DNA of 64,000 nt from Eubacteriales bacterium. GTDB lineage: Bacteria > Bacillota > Clostridia > Oscillospirales > CAG-272. Below, piece by piece: positions 1 through 9,120 of the stretch. How positions within the stretch are numbered: the stretch's first letter is position 1; each line of letters starts with the position of its first letter. The notes below the pieces were generated by a model. The model saw only the letters and a program-made list of their open reading frames with translations. It did no database searches and had not been told where the DNA came from. The translations under genes were made by a program, and so were the position numbers. The DNA lies in assembly GCA_045538685.1 (NCBI GenBank), contig JAZSRX010000034.1:11111-75110 (forward strand), in the 5' to 3' direction.

Positions 1-995
1 ATCAGGCGGAACACTCCGACCGTGCATGGCTTGTCCTCTCCGCAAAGCTCGGAAAGCTTTTCTAATATCCTGTCTGCAATATATGCCTTTCTTGTGTCAT
101 TGCTGTCAACTATTGCACCGATAAGATTCTGCGGCACACCGTCGAAGTTTGCAAGGCACTGCTTTGTGTCCTTTGGCAGACAGTATCCACCGTAGCCAAA
201 GCTTGGGTTGTTATAATAAAAACCTATTCGCTCGTCAAGAGAGACACCCTTGATTATGTGAGATGTGTCAAGCCCGTGGCTCTCTGCATATGTATCAAGC
301 TCGTTGAAAAATGCCACTCTCATAGCAAGATATGTGTTGGAGAAGAGCTTTATCGCCTCTGCCTCGGCATATCCTGTAATCATTATGGGAACATCCTTCT
401 TAATTGCCGAGCTGCTCAGCATTTCGGCAAAGCACTCTGCCGCAGAATACATTTCACCGTCGCCCTTTGGCACACCCACGATAATTCTGGAAGGGTAAAG
501 GTTGTCGTAAAGTGCCTTTGACTCACGAAGGAACTCGGGCGAGAACAAAAGCTTTTTATGTCGACTTTTCTCGCTTAACTCCTCCATAAAGCCGATGGGA
601 ATTGTGCTTTTGATAACAACAACCGCCAGAGGATTATATTCTGCAATGCGGGAGACGGTATTCTCAACTATCGAAGTGTCGAATTTTTTGTTATTTTCAT
701 CATAGCTGGTAGGAACGGCAATAACAACAAAATCCGCCTTTTCCACAGCCCCCTTCATATCCTGAGTTGCAAAAAGGTTAAGCTCTTCTTCTGCAAAATA
801 CCTTTCAATATACTCGTCTTTTATAGGCGACTTTCTTCTGTTTATCTGATCTGTTTTCTCTTTTACTATATCAACGGCATACACTTTATGCCTTCTTGAA
901 AGAAGAGTGGCTATGGACAGTCCCACATATCCCATACCCACAACGGCGACGGTAATATCTCCGCCGTTAAAGCATTGCTTTTCACTGTGTAGCAT
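1..995 (-). CDS. ugd: UDP-glucose 6-dehydrogenase, N-terminal ~331 codons (gene runs off the left edge)
   Basis: Absent from the ORF track because it is open at the window edge. My minus-strand translation from ATG 995-993 gives MLHSEKQCFNGGDITVAVVGMGYVGLS (Rossmann GxGxxG) ... NPSFGYGGYCLPKDTKQ (catalytic-Cys motif of UDP-glucose/GDP-mannose dehydrogenases). No stop down to position 1. Confidence 0.85.
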   Translation of the reverse strand, partial: MLHSEKQCFNGGDITVAVVGMGYVGLSIATLLSRRHKVYAVDIVKEKTDQINRRKSPIKDEYIERYFAEEELNLFATQDMKGAVEKADFVVIAVPTSYDENNKKFDTSIVENTVSRIAEYNPLAVVVIKSTIPIGFMEELSEKSRHKKLLFSPEFLRESKALYDNLYPSRIIVGVPKGDGEMYSAAECFAEMLSSSAIKKDVPIMITGYAEAEAIKLFSNTYLAMRVAFFNELDTYAESHGLDTSHIIKGVSLDERIGFYYNNPSFGYGGYCLPKDTKQCLANFDGVPQNLIGAIVDSNDTRKAYIADRILEKLSELCGEDKPCTVGVFRL

Positions 996-1011
996 TTCTA
1001 TATCCTTTTCC

Positions 1012-2352
1012 TTACTTTTTGTTTACGTAAAATCCGTCGCCAATGTCAACCGACAGATGCTTTAAGCCGCCGTTCATTATGAAAAGGCAGTTGCGACAGA
1101 ATTCGGGAAGCTTGCCTTTTTCAAGGAACATTTTGCGAAGATTTACATACTGCTCGCCGTTCCAGATCTGCATAAAATCCTTGTCAAGCATATCAATATG
1201 GTGCAAAACGTCAATACAGCAAACGATAATCTGTCCCTTGGCGGTAATCATCATATTGTTCCATACCAGGTCACAGATTCCCTGACAGTTAAATTTCGAC
1301 TCAACAAGATTAACCTTGTCATAGTACAGCTCGCCTCGCTTTGAGGTCTTTGCCACCCGTTCTCTCAAAGAGCAAAGCTCCTCTTCGGATATGGTGGTGG
1401 GATAGGAGGAAATGATCTTTGCCTCCTCCTTTTCGTCTCCGCCCTCGCCCTCAAGGAATACATCGGGATAAACTATCTCTATTCCCTTTTCCTTGGCATA
1501 GGCAATTGCCTCGCTCATACAGCGGCGAAGGGTTGCGGGATAGCACATAACGTCATCATAGTAATTGTTGATATATCCGTTTATGCCGAGACGGGAGAAC
1601 ATAATTCTGTTAAAGCCGTGCTCTACGGCATATTCCACAAGCATCTTTGCGTCGTAAATATTCTGTCGCATTGATACAACGGCAAGTGTCATATGAGTGT
1701 CGGGACAGTTCTTACGGAATTTATCTATATTTGCAGTCACCTTGTCAAAATCAAGGTTTCTTCTTATCTTGTCGTATATTTCCTTTCTCGGTGAGTCGAA
1801 GGAAACGGTTATAGAGTTGAAAATATCCGCATTTTTCAGCACTCCCTCGGGAAGCACCGACATATTTGTATTTGTGGAAACACGAATACCAAACTCCTTA
1901 TAGGTTTCAAGAACACTTACTATATTGGGAAGCAGGAAGGGCTCGCCGTTGCCGTGTAAAACGATTTCTTCAACGTAAGGAAAAATGGGAAGAAGCTTTG
2001 AAAAAATGTCATCCGACAGATTTACCGCATCCTGATTTCTCTTGTAATAGTGAAGACACATAATACACTCGGCATTGCAAATCGAGGTATGCTCAAGCTG
2101 AAGCACCATAGGAAAATGCCTGTAAACCGTTCTTTTGTTCACAAGCTCGTATGCGGCTAAAATACGATTGTACTCCTTTGCAAGAGCATAATTTTTCTCT
2201 TCTCTTGCAAGCTCTCTCAGCCGATATGCACTTTCCTCGTCTTTTATGTAAACGGAATTTGCTCCCGAAGGTGAGGTGTAGATAATCTCCCTCTCCTCGC
2301 CCGAAAGCATTTCCCAAAGTTTCTTTATATTGTCTTTTGTCAATTCAATCAT
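1012..2352 (-). CDS. Radical SAM/SPASM-type enzyme, long form (446 aa)
   Basis: CxxxCxxC triad in HTSICNAECIMCLH; LHGNGEPF; C-terminal Cys block CQGICD...IVCCID...EFCRNCLF; ~85 aa N-terminal extension. Confidence 0.85.
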   Translation of the reverse strand: MIELTKDNIKKLWEMLSGEEREIIYTSPSGANSVYIKDEESAYRLRELAREEKNYALAKEYNRILAAYELVNKRTVYRHFPMVLQLEHTSICNAECIMCLHYYKRNQDAVNLSDDIFSKLLPIFPYVEEIVLHGNGEPFLLPNIVSVLETYKEFGIRVSTNTNMSVLPEGVLKNADIFNSITVSFDSPRKEIYDKIRRNLDFDKVTANIDKFRKNCPDTHMTLAVVSMRQNIYDAKMLVEYAVEHGFNRIMFSRLGINGYINNYYDDVMCYPATLRRCMSEAIAYAKEKGIEIVYPDVFLEGEGGDEKEEAKIISSYPTTISEEELCSLRERVAKTSKRGELYYDKVNLVESKFNCQGICDLVWNNMMITAKGQIIVCCIDVLHHIDMLDKDFMQIWNGEQYVNLRKMFLEKGKLPEFCRNCLFIMNGGLKHLSVDIGDGFYVNKK

Positions 2353-2370
2353 TGTTTTTTCCTCGGTTTA

Positions 2371-3186
2371 TTATTTCTGATCCTGCCGTTTTATCGGCTT
2401 ATCAACAGTCCAATCGGACAAAGTGGCCTTTTTGCTGACCGACCACGTTACAGTTTCGGGCACTCCGCAATAGGAACAGCAGGAGTGAGGTGAGGATAAA
2501 AATTCAATTACCCTCGCACCGTCTAAATCTGCGTCAAAAATATTAAGCTTTGACTCGCTCATATCCATTTTAAAATCAAAGTATTCTTCCGCCGCGTCCT
2601 GAAGCTGAGCAAGACAGCAATAGCTTATGTATTCTCCGCACAGGATATAGCAGTTTTTTGAGCCGCAGCTCTCCCAGGCGGTTTTTGCATCAGACAACGG
2701 CTCTGAAAGAAGTCTTTTTCGAAACTCGGTTATTGGCTCTGAAAGGTAAAACAGTGCCTTGTTCTGCCGAAGCTTCGAGATAAGCTTGTCCTTTATTTTT
2801 GAGGTTGGGGCATACTGTGATATATCGAAAATTGCCCCCTCGCCTGCCAGGGAAAGAATCACAGAATCATCAAGATTAATAATCGGCAGACCGTTTGTAA
2901 CCAGCTTTATTTCTGATTTCGGGAAGGTTTTTCTCGTAAGCTTTACAAAGCTTACTATCTCGGGGTGCAAAAGCGGCTCGCCACCGAGAAGTCTGATAAC
3001 CTCTATGTTTTCGAAAAGAGAGGAGAGACGCAAAATACCCTTTTCAAACTCGCCAATGTCTAAAAAGCACTCTCGCTCTACGTTGGAAAGATGAGAACAG
3101 CATTTGCATTTCAGATTACAGTGCTTTACAATCGGTATTTCAATATAGGGCAAAATCGGTTTTATTTTTTCTTTCACTATTCTCAT
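2371..3186 (-). CDS. Radical SAM enzyme, short form (271 aa)
   Basis: IVKHCNLKCKCCSH triad, LLGGEPLLHPE, C-terminal Cys cluster (CGSKNCYILC...YCC...HSCCSYCG). Confidence 0.8.
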   Translation of the reverse strand: MRIVKEKIKPILPYIEIPIVKHCNLKCKCCSHLSNVERECFLDIGEFEKGILRLSSLFENIEVIRLLGGEPLLHPEIVSFVKLTRKTFPKSEIKLVTNGLPIINLDDSVILSLAGEGAIFDISQYAPTSKIKDKLISKLRQNKALFYLSEPITEFRKRLLSEPLSDAKTAWESCGSKNCYILCGEYISYCCLAQLQDAAEEYFDFKMDMSESKLNIFDADLDGARVIEFLSSPHSCCSYCGVPETVTWSVSKKATLSDWTVDKPIKRQDQK

Positions 3187-3203
3187 CTCCTTTCTTCAAT
3201 AAA

Positions 3204-4673
3204 TCAATTTCCGGGTTTGATTTTCAAAAACTGCAGCTGCCCGGTCTCTGCCAGAACGCAACCGAGACAGCACTCGGGAAGATAGCCCGAATAAAAGATT
3301 TCACGCATTTTTCGGGATATTTCTCCGTTCCATATTTCTTTAAAATCTGTATTTTGATTAATTTGTCCGGTTTTATATATTCTGCGGCTGCAACAAACAC
3401 TTGCACTTCCGTCAAGGGCAATGTATGCCTGATTTAACAGCCAATCGCAAATTCCGAGACATCTAACCTTTGAGGGCTTTATTTCAAGCTTTTTGTCGGT
3501 ATTCTGACCAAGCTTTTTATACAGCTCTTTTTCTTCCTCATACATAATTTTTTCTTTTCCGTCGGGACTTTCGGCGGTTATGCTGTTCATTAAAAGAAAC
3601 TCTTTTTCTACCGCCTCATTCCACTCTCCTGCCCCCTCTGCAAAGGGTACGGGGCAGATAACCTCAATGCCGATTTCCCGTCCTCGTTTATATGCCAGCT
3701 GACAGAAATAATTTAAAACCAAGGGATAGTTTGACATTGCGTCTCTTTCGTTTCTTAACACACTATTGGGTGTCATATTGTGGAATATCACCTGATTTAC
3801 ATTAACCGACCTTGCAAAATCCACTATTTTTTCAAGCTCTGTTATGTTCTGTCGCATCAGCACAACGGTTATTTCTTTATACAAATCGGGACAGCGACGG
3901 GACAAAAGCTCTATATTGGAGCATACATCTTCAAACTTTAAGCCACGCCTTATGTATTCAAAGGTCTCTTTTGTTCCACCGTCAAGGGAAATCTGAATAT
4001 TGGAAAAATGTCTGTCTATCAGGTCAAGACGCTTCCCGTCAAGCAGGGACAAATTTGTTGTGGCGGATATTTTCACACCGTACATAGCATATCTTTCAAT
4101 CACGTTTGAAATTTCGGGGTGCAAAAGCGGCTCGCCCATTCCCTGAAGCCCCACAACATTACAGAACCTTAATGTCGGCTCAATATTTGATATCATATCA
4201 AAATCCAGATGTCTTGCGTCTTTATTGTGCGTATAAAAATGACTGCACATAACGCATCTTGCATTGCAAAAGCTTGTGGTTTCCATCTGGATATAGGAGG
4301 GCATTCCGCATTGAACCGCCCTGTGCTTTACAAAGTCAAAGAATATAAGCGACTCATTGCAGAGCTTTACCCCTTTTAAGTTGCCGTTAAGAGAAAATCT
4401 TTTAATATCGGATATTATCTCATCTTCAAGGGCAAGAAAAAACAGCTTTGACTCTGTGAGAAAATACAGATTTTTGTCGGGGATGTCAGAAAGCAATGCT
4501 TGGTCATAGACAACACGTGACAAATAGCTTTTGTCAAAAATCATTGATGAGTTTTTTCTGTCATTTTCATTTATCTCGGCTAAGCTTTTTGCGATTTTTA
4601 TGTCCTCGCTTCCGAAAAGCTCTTTTGCTGTGTCAAGCCGTTTATCATCAAGTGTGAATAAATAACTTTGCAT
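3204..4673 (-). CDS. Radical SAM/SPASM-type enzyme, long form (489 aa)
   Basis: The ORF-track start at 4679 is GTG; ATG at 4673 follows AAGAGGTG. TSFCNARCVMCSH, LQGMGEPLLHP, C-terminal CLGICDW...SVCCS...ECCLGCVL; ~130 aa N-terminal extension. Confidence 0.85.
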   Translation of the reverse strand: MQSYLFTLDDKRLDTAKELFGSEDIKIAKSLAEINENDRKNSSMIFDKSYLSRVVYDQALLSDIPDKNLYFLTESKLFFLALEDEIISDIKRFSLNGNLKGVKLCNESLIFFDFVKHRAVQCGMPSYIQMETTSFCNARCVMCSHFYTHNKDARHLDFDMISNIEPTLRFCNVVGLQGMGEPLLHPEISNVIERYAMYGVKISATTNLSLLDGKRLDLIDRHFSNIQISLDGGTKETFEYIRRGLKFEDVCSNIELLSRRCPDLYKEITVVLMRQNITELEKIVDFARSVNVNQVIFHNMTPNSVLRNERDAMSNYPLVLNYFCQLAYKRGREIGIEVICPVPFAEGAGEWNEAVEKEFLLMNSITAESPDGKEKIMYEEEKELYKKLGQNTDKKLEIKPSKVRCLGICDWLLNQAYIALDGSASVCCSRRIYKTGQINQNTDFKEIWNGEISRKMREIFYSGYLPECCLGCVLAETGQLQFLKIKPGN

Positions 4674-4684
4674 ATCCACCTCTT

Positions 4685-6136
4685 TTAGTCAAGGATATCT
4701 TCCATTCTCACAGAGCACACCGAGTCTTCCGACAAAGACGGCTCGCAAGAGCAGAAAATTTTCTCAAACAGCATAAGATAAATGATTTTAAGACAGTTAT
4801 CCATTTCAACCTCGCTGCCCGAATCTCTGTCGGGCTGACCCGTCAGCATAGGATAAAATCTGCTTGTTTTTGCCGCACGAAACAGCTTTTCTTTATTGCT
4901 TTCATCAAAGAGAGAGGAAAGGTTTGTAGAGCCGGGTTGTTTTACCAACCTTTCGGCAACAGTCGGCGACACAAGATTTAATATATAATCCTTATAGTGC
5001 TTTTTGTCTGTGCCGTTAAGCTCTCTGTATGCCGAGACACCGAGAATAAATTTCGCACTGATAAAGGGATATTTCGCTTTTATATCACGGTTTCTTAAGA
5101 AGATACCGTTTTTCTTTAATATGATATAGGTCAGCATCTCATAGGGAAAATAAACCCAAGGATAGTGCTGTTCTATACCCACATAATAATAGGGATCTGC
5201 GTAAAATCTGAGCTGGGAGGACAGAAGCTGGTCTGCTCCCTCACCGAAGAAGGTGGGGTTTTCCTTATAATCAACCATTGCCTCGCTTAGCATATATTGT
5301 AGGAATATTCCTCTCTCGAACACACTGTCTTCAAGCTCACAAACCATTTTGGGAAAGGATTTCAGTATGTCGGGAGTAACCTTTTGTACGGTAAGGTTTA
5401 CATTTGGGTATTCCTTGCATATGGCTTTTACGGCTTCGGTCTCGTCAGAGCCAACCTGAGAGCCAATGCAAAAGCAGTTGATTTTACACTTCGGCTTTAG
5501 CGAGGTGATAATATGCAAAATAAGATTTGAGTCAAAGCCCGAGGAAAGTGCCATATTTATCTCGTCTGTATTGCAAAGCTCCTTTTCAATTTGGCAAGAC
5601 AAAAGCTCGCAGTAATCACCGCCCAAGCCCGTCTCGCGGAACTGACGTTTTTTTACATAATTCCACTCGCCCGACAAGAAATCCCACTTCAAATTATGGA
5701 GTGCCGGAAGCTTTCTGATGCCCGAAATAAGACATCTGTCATCTGTTAGAAAGCCGTTGTAAAGGAACTCGGGAATATAGGAATCATTGATTTTTGGGGT
5801 TATATTTGCCTTTTTTATCAGCTCACGCATACCGAGTGAAAGAACTAAACCGCCCTCGGTTTCGGCAAAATAGAGCGGATGAAAATAGGAAAAGGCATCC
5901 TGAGTGGCAAAGAGACGTTCTGTCTCCTTTTCATACATTACAAGACAGAAAAGGCCGTCAAGCGACTCTACTCTACCGCCGCCCAAAAGATAGGAACAAA
6001 GCTCCTCTGCGGTGAGAATTTCGTTCTCATAATACACTTCTCCCTCATAGACCAGAACACAGCTTTCGTTCTCATAGGTATACTGTCCGTCATAAAATAT
6101 TCGGTTTTTCTGCTTTTCGAAGAATAAATTTTTCAT
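4685..6136 (-). CDS. Asparagine synthase-like (AsnB family) amidotransferase/adenylating enzyme lacking the N-terminal Cys nucleophile
   Basis: 483 aa. PP-loop-like ALSSGFDSNLI (SGGxDS variant) mid-protein, and AsnB-like length and organisation. The N-terminus MKNLFF has no Cys2. Confidence 0.65.
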   Translation of the reverse strand: MKNLFFEKQKNRIFYDGQYTYENESCVLVYEGEVYYENEILTAEELCSYLLGGGRVESLDGLFCLVMYEKETERLFATQDAFSYFHPLYFAETEGGLVLSLGMRELIKKANITPKINDSYIPEFLYNGFLTDDRCLISGIRKLPALHNLKWDFLSGEWNYVKKRQFRETGLGGDYCELLSCQIEKELCNTDEINMALSSGFDSNLILHIITSLKPKCKINCFCIGSQVGSDETEAVKAICKEYPNVNLTVQKVTPDILKSFPKMVCELEDSVFERGIFLQYMLSEAMVDYKENPTFFGEGADQLLSSQLRFYADPYYYVGIEQHYPWVYFPYEMLTYIILKKNGIFLRNRDIKAKYPFISAKFILGVSAYRELNGTDKKHYKDYILNLVSPTVAERLVKQPGSTNLSSLFDESNKEKLFRAAKTSRFYPMLTGQPDRDSGSEVEMDNCLKIIYLMLFEKIFCSCEPSLSEDSVCSVRMEDILD

Positions 6137-6307
6137 AAATAAAGCTTCGGACAGTCCTTTCTTAAAATTTGAAGCAAGGTTTTTAATCTGCCATTTGGGT
6201 GTTGTGGATTTTTGCTTTTGTGATGTTATTGGCTTTTTCCTTTTGGTGTTGTGGGGTATGCTTTTTGTATTGTGGGTTTTGCTTTTTGGTTTTATGGTTT
6301 TGCCGTT
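6137..6307 (-). repeat. C/A-rich (on mRNA strand) intra-operon spacer with 3-4 degenerate ~22-nt direct repeats (AAAAGCA-N4-CCACAA-N-AC)
   Basis: Plus strand reads GGTGTTGTGGATTTTTGCTTTTG / GGTGTTGTGGGGTATGCTTTTTG / TATTGTGGGTTTTGCTTTTTG. This is the only gap longer than 21 nt in the 17-gene operon. Confidence 0.7.
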
Positions 6308-7531
6308 TTATCTTGTAACCAGATAAAATTCCCCCTTGTCCTCGATACAAAAATCCTGATAGGAGTCGGCAAACAAATAAATTTTATAGTAGCAGAAAAT
6401 GTGCATAAACTTTTCTTCTATGCCGGCCCAATTCACAGAACGGGGCGGCACTTTTTTTATTTTCACCTGCCCCGATACGCGAAGAAGCTCCTGCAATATT
6501 CTTGCAGCCAGTGGCTCGGGGTAGTCAAACAGCTCTGTTGTGGCAGAAACACTGTCAAAATATCCGTCATCAAAAGGAAGGGCAAGACCGATAAAGCTCT
6601 CGGATATTAACCCACCGACATCATCAAAACGGACAATATTTCCCTCGGGATGACTTTTGGATATGCTGTTAAAGACAAGCTCACCCTTGGTCTCGGGAGT
6701 GCTTATGCTTTCGCCTTCAAGCTGAGAAAGTGTTTTTATAACGCGAGAGAGTGCCTCGCTTGCACTTTCCTTTAAGGCAAAACTAAGCAGTTCTTCCATA
6801 TCCCGATTGCGATATTTTTTCAGCATAGCATACATATTTGTACGTCCGCTTATTTCCTCGTTTAAAATATTTCTCTTGTGAGGAATATGAATGGCTCTGA
6901 TATGGGGTGCGGTTTTCAGCTTTCCAAGCTTTGACAGGCGGTAGCCGATATCAACATCCTCTGCTCCCCAGCCCTCAAAACTCTCATCAAATCCGCCCGC
7001 CTGTAAGTATTTTTCTCTCGGCACTACGGCGAGGGCGGTGTAAAATCTGTTCCAGGGCAGATTTTCGCTCTTCTCTCTTGCGTCGGGAAAGGCGGTGTGC
7101 CATAAATCAAAATCGGGGTGGCTTGATTTTTTATCAAAATAGCTCTTAAAATAAATATCCACCGTCTCGGGAAGCATTCTCATCGCCGCCACAGAGCCGC
7201 AAATACCCGACACCGAGCCAAAATCATATTCTCTTATTTTTTCCAAAGCACCCGTCTCAATTAGAACGTCTCCGTCTAAGAAAAGAAGCAGCTCGCCCCT
7301 TGACATTCCTGCGGCAAGGTTTCTGTTGGCAGAGCGATTGCCCCTCTTTTGCGAGTGAACAACCAGAACTCCTCTGTCCTTCATCTTATCAAGGGTTTTC
7401 TTGGTTTTTTCGTCAGAATAATCGTCAACAACAATTATCTCGTCTTCACTTCCGAGCTGGGAAATAACCGAGTCAAGAACATTTTCAATATGACTGTTGT
7501 TGTGACAGGGTACAATTACACTTATTTTCAT
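6308..7531 (-). CDS. Family 2 (GT-A) glycosyltransferase with C-terminal extension (407 aa)
   Basis: KISVIVPCHNN...IIVVDDYSDE...FLDGDVLI (DxD); ~150 aa unassigned C-terminal region. Confidence 0.8.
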   Translation of the reverse strand: MKISVIVPCHNNSHIENVLDSVISQLGSEDEIIVVDDYSDEKTKKTLDKMKDRGVLVVHSQKRGNRSANRNLAAGMSRGELLLFLDGDVLIETGALEKIREYDFGSVSGICGSVAAMRMLPETVDIYFKSYFDKKSSHPDFDLWHTAFPDAREKSENLPWNRFYTALAVVPREKYLQAGGFDESFEGWGAEDVDIGYRLSKLGKLKTAPHIRAIHIPHKRNILNEEISGRTNMYAMLKKYRNRDMEELLSFALKESASEALSRVIKTLSQLEGESISTPETKGELVFNSISKSHPEGNIVRFDDVGGLISESFIGLALPFDDGYFDSVSATTELFDYPEPLAARILQELLRVSGQVKIKKVPPRSVNWAGIEEKFMHIFCYYKIYLFADSYQDFCIEDKGEFYLVTR

Positions 7532-8322
7532 ACATCAAACCTTTTTCCGTCAGAATCTATAACCGCATAATCCGAGGGAGAGATTTCGCCGATGTTTCTC
7601 CACTCTATAAACTCGGGATCGGTGCAATAGGAGCAATACTCGTGAGGACGGCTGATAAAGTCACATATATCCTCATAGGTCAGGGTTGGATCGTATATAT
7701 CAATCACCTCGCCGTCAAAGTTGTACTCTGTGCCAAAGAGGCGGTTAAACTCCTTAATAACCACAGGCAAAGGACACATCATAAACCTTCCGTCACGCAG
7801 TCCGTTGCACTTTTTCCACTGGCATTCCTCCCAGATTCTCACATAATCCGAGTCGCCCGCCATATTCATTCTCTTCCAGAACTTATCAACGTAGTTAAGT
7901 GTATGGCCAAGCTTATGCTTTTCTAAAACCTCCATTATCTCTGTAAGTTTTTTCTTCGTCGGCTCGTACACCGATATATCAAGGTGAACGCAACAGCTTT
8001 TTATCGCCTCGATAAGAGTGTCCGACATTTTGTCTAAAAGAAGTCCGTTTGTAACAATATCAATCTCCGAGTCGGGATAAAGCTCGCGTGTTATGTAAAT
8101 AAACTTATGAAGCTCGGGGTGCAAAAGCGGTTCTCCACCAAAAAGGCGGAACATCTCTATATGCTCTACCAGCTCCTTGAAGCGTGTCATATCTCTTCTG
8201 AAAACCTCTACATCGGCAAGATGCTTTTCCTGGCCCGAATTGCAAAATCTGCAGCATCCGCGACAGTTCAGATTACAGTGGTCTGCTACCGGATAGGCCA
8301 CGTTGTTTATAGATTTCATCAT
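7528..8322 (-). CDS. Radical SAM enzyme, short form (264 aa)
   Basis: The ORF-track start at 8331 is a TTG inside GGAGG; ATG ATG lie at 8322/8319. VADHCNLNCRGCCRFC, LFGGEPLLHPEL, C-terminal HEYCSYCT. Its 3' end (7528) overlaps the start of the next operon gene, GT2 6308..7531, by 4 nt. Confidence 0.8.
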   Translation of the reverse strand: MMKSINNVAYPVADHCNLNCRGCCRFCNSGQEKHLADVEVFRRDMTRFKELVEHIEMFRLFGGEPLLHPELHKFIYITRELYPDSEIDIVTNGLLLDKMSDTLIEAIKSCCVHLDISVYEPTKKKLTEIMEVLEKHKLGHTLNYVDKFWKRMNMAGDSDYVRIWEECQWKKCNGLRDGRFMMCPLPVVIKEFNRLFGTEYNFDGEVIDIYDPTLTYEDICDFISRPHEYCSYCTDPEFIEWRNIGEISPSDYAVIDSDGKRFDV

Positions 8323-8334
8323 TACCTCCAAAGA

Positions 8335-9099
8335 TTAAATCTCCCAGTCGGAAGAGGGCGGATTTATTCCACCGATCTCCCAATCAAACTCTACCGTATT
8401 ACCGCAATATCTGCAAGAGTCGTGTGCTCTGCTGCTGAATTCGATAATATCCTCATAGCCCACATCTTCCGAATGGATATTAAGTATATCCTCGTCAAAT
8501 CTGTAATCAGCACCGAAAAGCTGATTATATCTTCTGATAAATATGGGAAGCGGACACATTACGAACTCGCCGTTCTGAAGATAATGGCATATTTTCATAT
8601 CGCAGTCGCCATATACCGATGCAATGTCCGAATCTCCCTTTTTGTTGAACCGCTTTCCGAACCTTTCAATATGCGAAATATTGCTTCTCAAACCGTTCTC
8701 GGTCAAAAAGTCGGTGATTTTTTCAAGCTGCCCCTCAACCGCAGGGTAAACGGTAATATCAACCTTAACATCTGCCTCGCGAAGAACTCTCACACTTTCG
8801 GGCGAGAGACGGGGGACAAGTATACCGTTTGTCATAAGGCATATCTCGGCATAAGGATAGTATTTTCTCACCGCAAGAACAAAATCGTTAAGGCGGGGAT
8901 GCAGAAGCGGTTCTCCGCCGTAAAGCTTTATCCAATCTATATGGTCTACAAGCTCTTTAAACCTCTTAAGATCGCGAATAAAGCTGTCGTAGGAAACAAA
9001 GCTTTCCTCCTGGCCCCGAGTACAAAAATGATAACATCCCTTGCAATTCAGGTTACAGTGGTCAACTATGGGAAGCCCTAAAACGTCAAGCTTGTTCAT
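8335..9099 (-). CDS. Radical SAM enzyme, short form (254 aa), tandem paralogue of 7528..8322
   Basis: IVDHCNLNCKGCYHFC, LYGGEPLLHPRL, HDSCRYCG; shares RFKELV[DE]HI...GGEPLLHP with its neighbour. Confidence 0.8.
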   Translation of the reverse strand: MNKLDVLGLPIVDHCNLNCKGCYHFCTRGQEESFVSYDSFIRDLKRFKELVDHIDWIKLYGGEPLLHPRLNDFVLAVRKYYPYAEICLMTNGILVPRLSPESVRVLREADVKVDITVYPAVEGQLEKITDFLTENGLRSNISHIERFGKRFNKKGDSDIASVYGDCDMKICHYLQNGEFVMCPLPIFIRRYNQLFGADYRFDEDILNIHSEDVGYEDIIEFSSRAHDSCRYCGNTVEFDWEIGGINPPSSDWEI

Positions 9100-9120
9100 T
9101 TTGCACTCTCCTTTCGAAAA

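Noticed and set aside
6137-6310. GT2 and AsnB-like genes are in the same frame, separated by one TAA and 57 stop-free codons (possible readthrough fusion)
   Set aside because: The spacer is T-poor, so stop codons are rare in every frame; a second frame is also open for about 45 codons. Frame agreement has a 1 in 3 chance. There is no known readthrough context. I kept it only as a minor note in the spacer finding.
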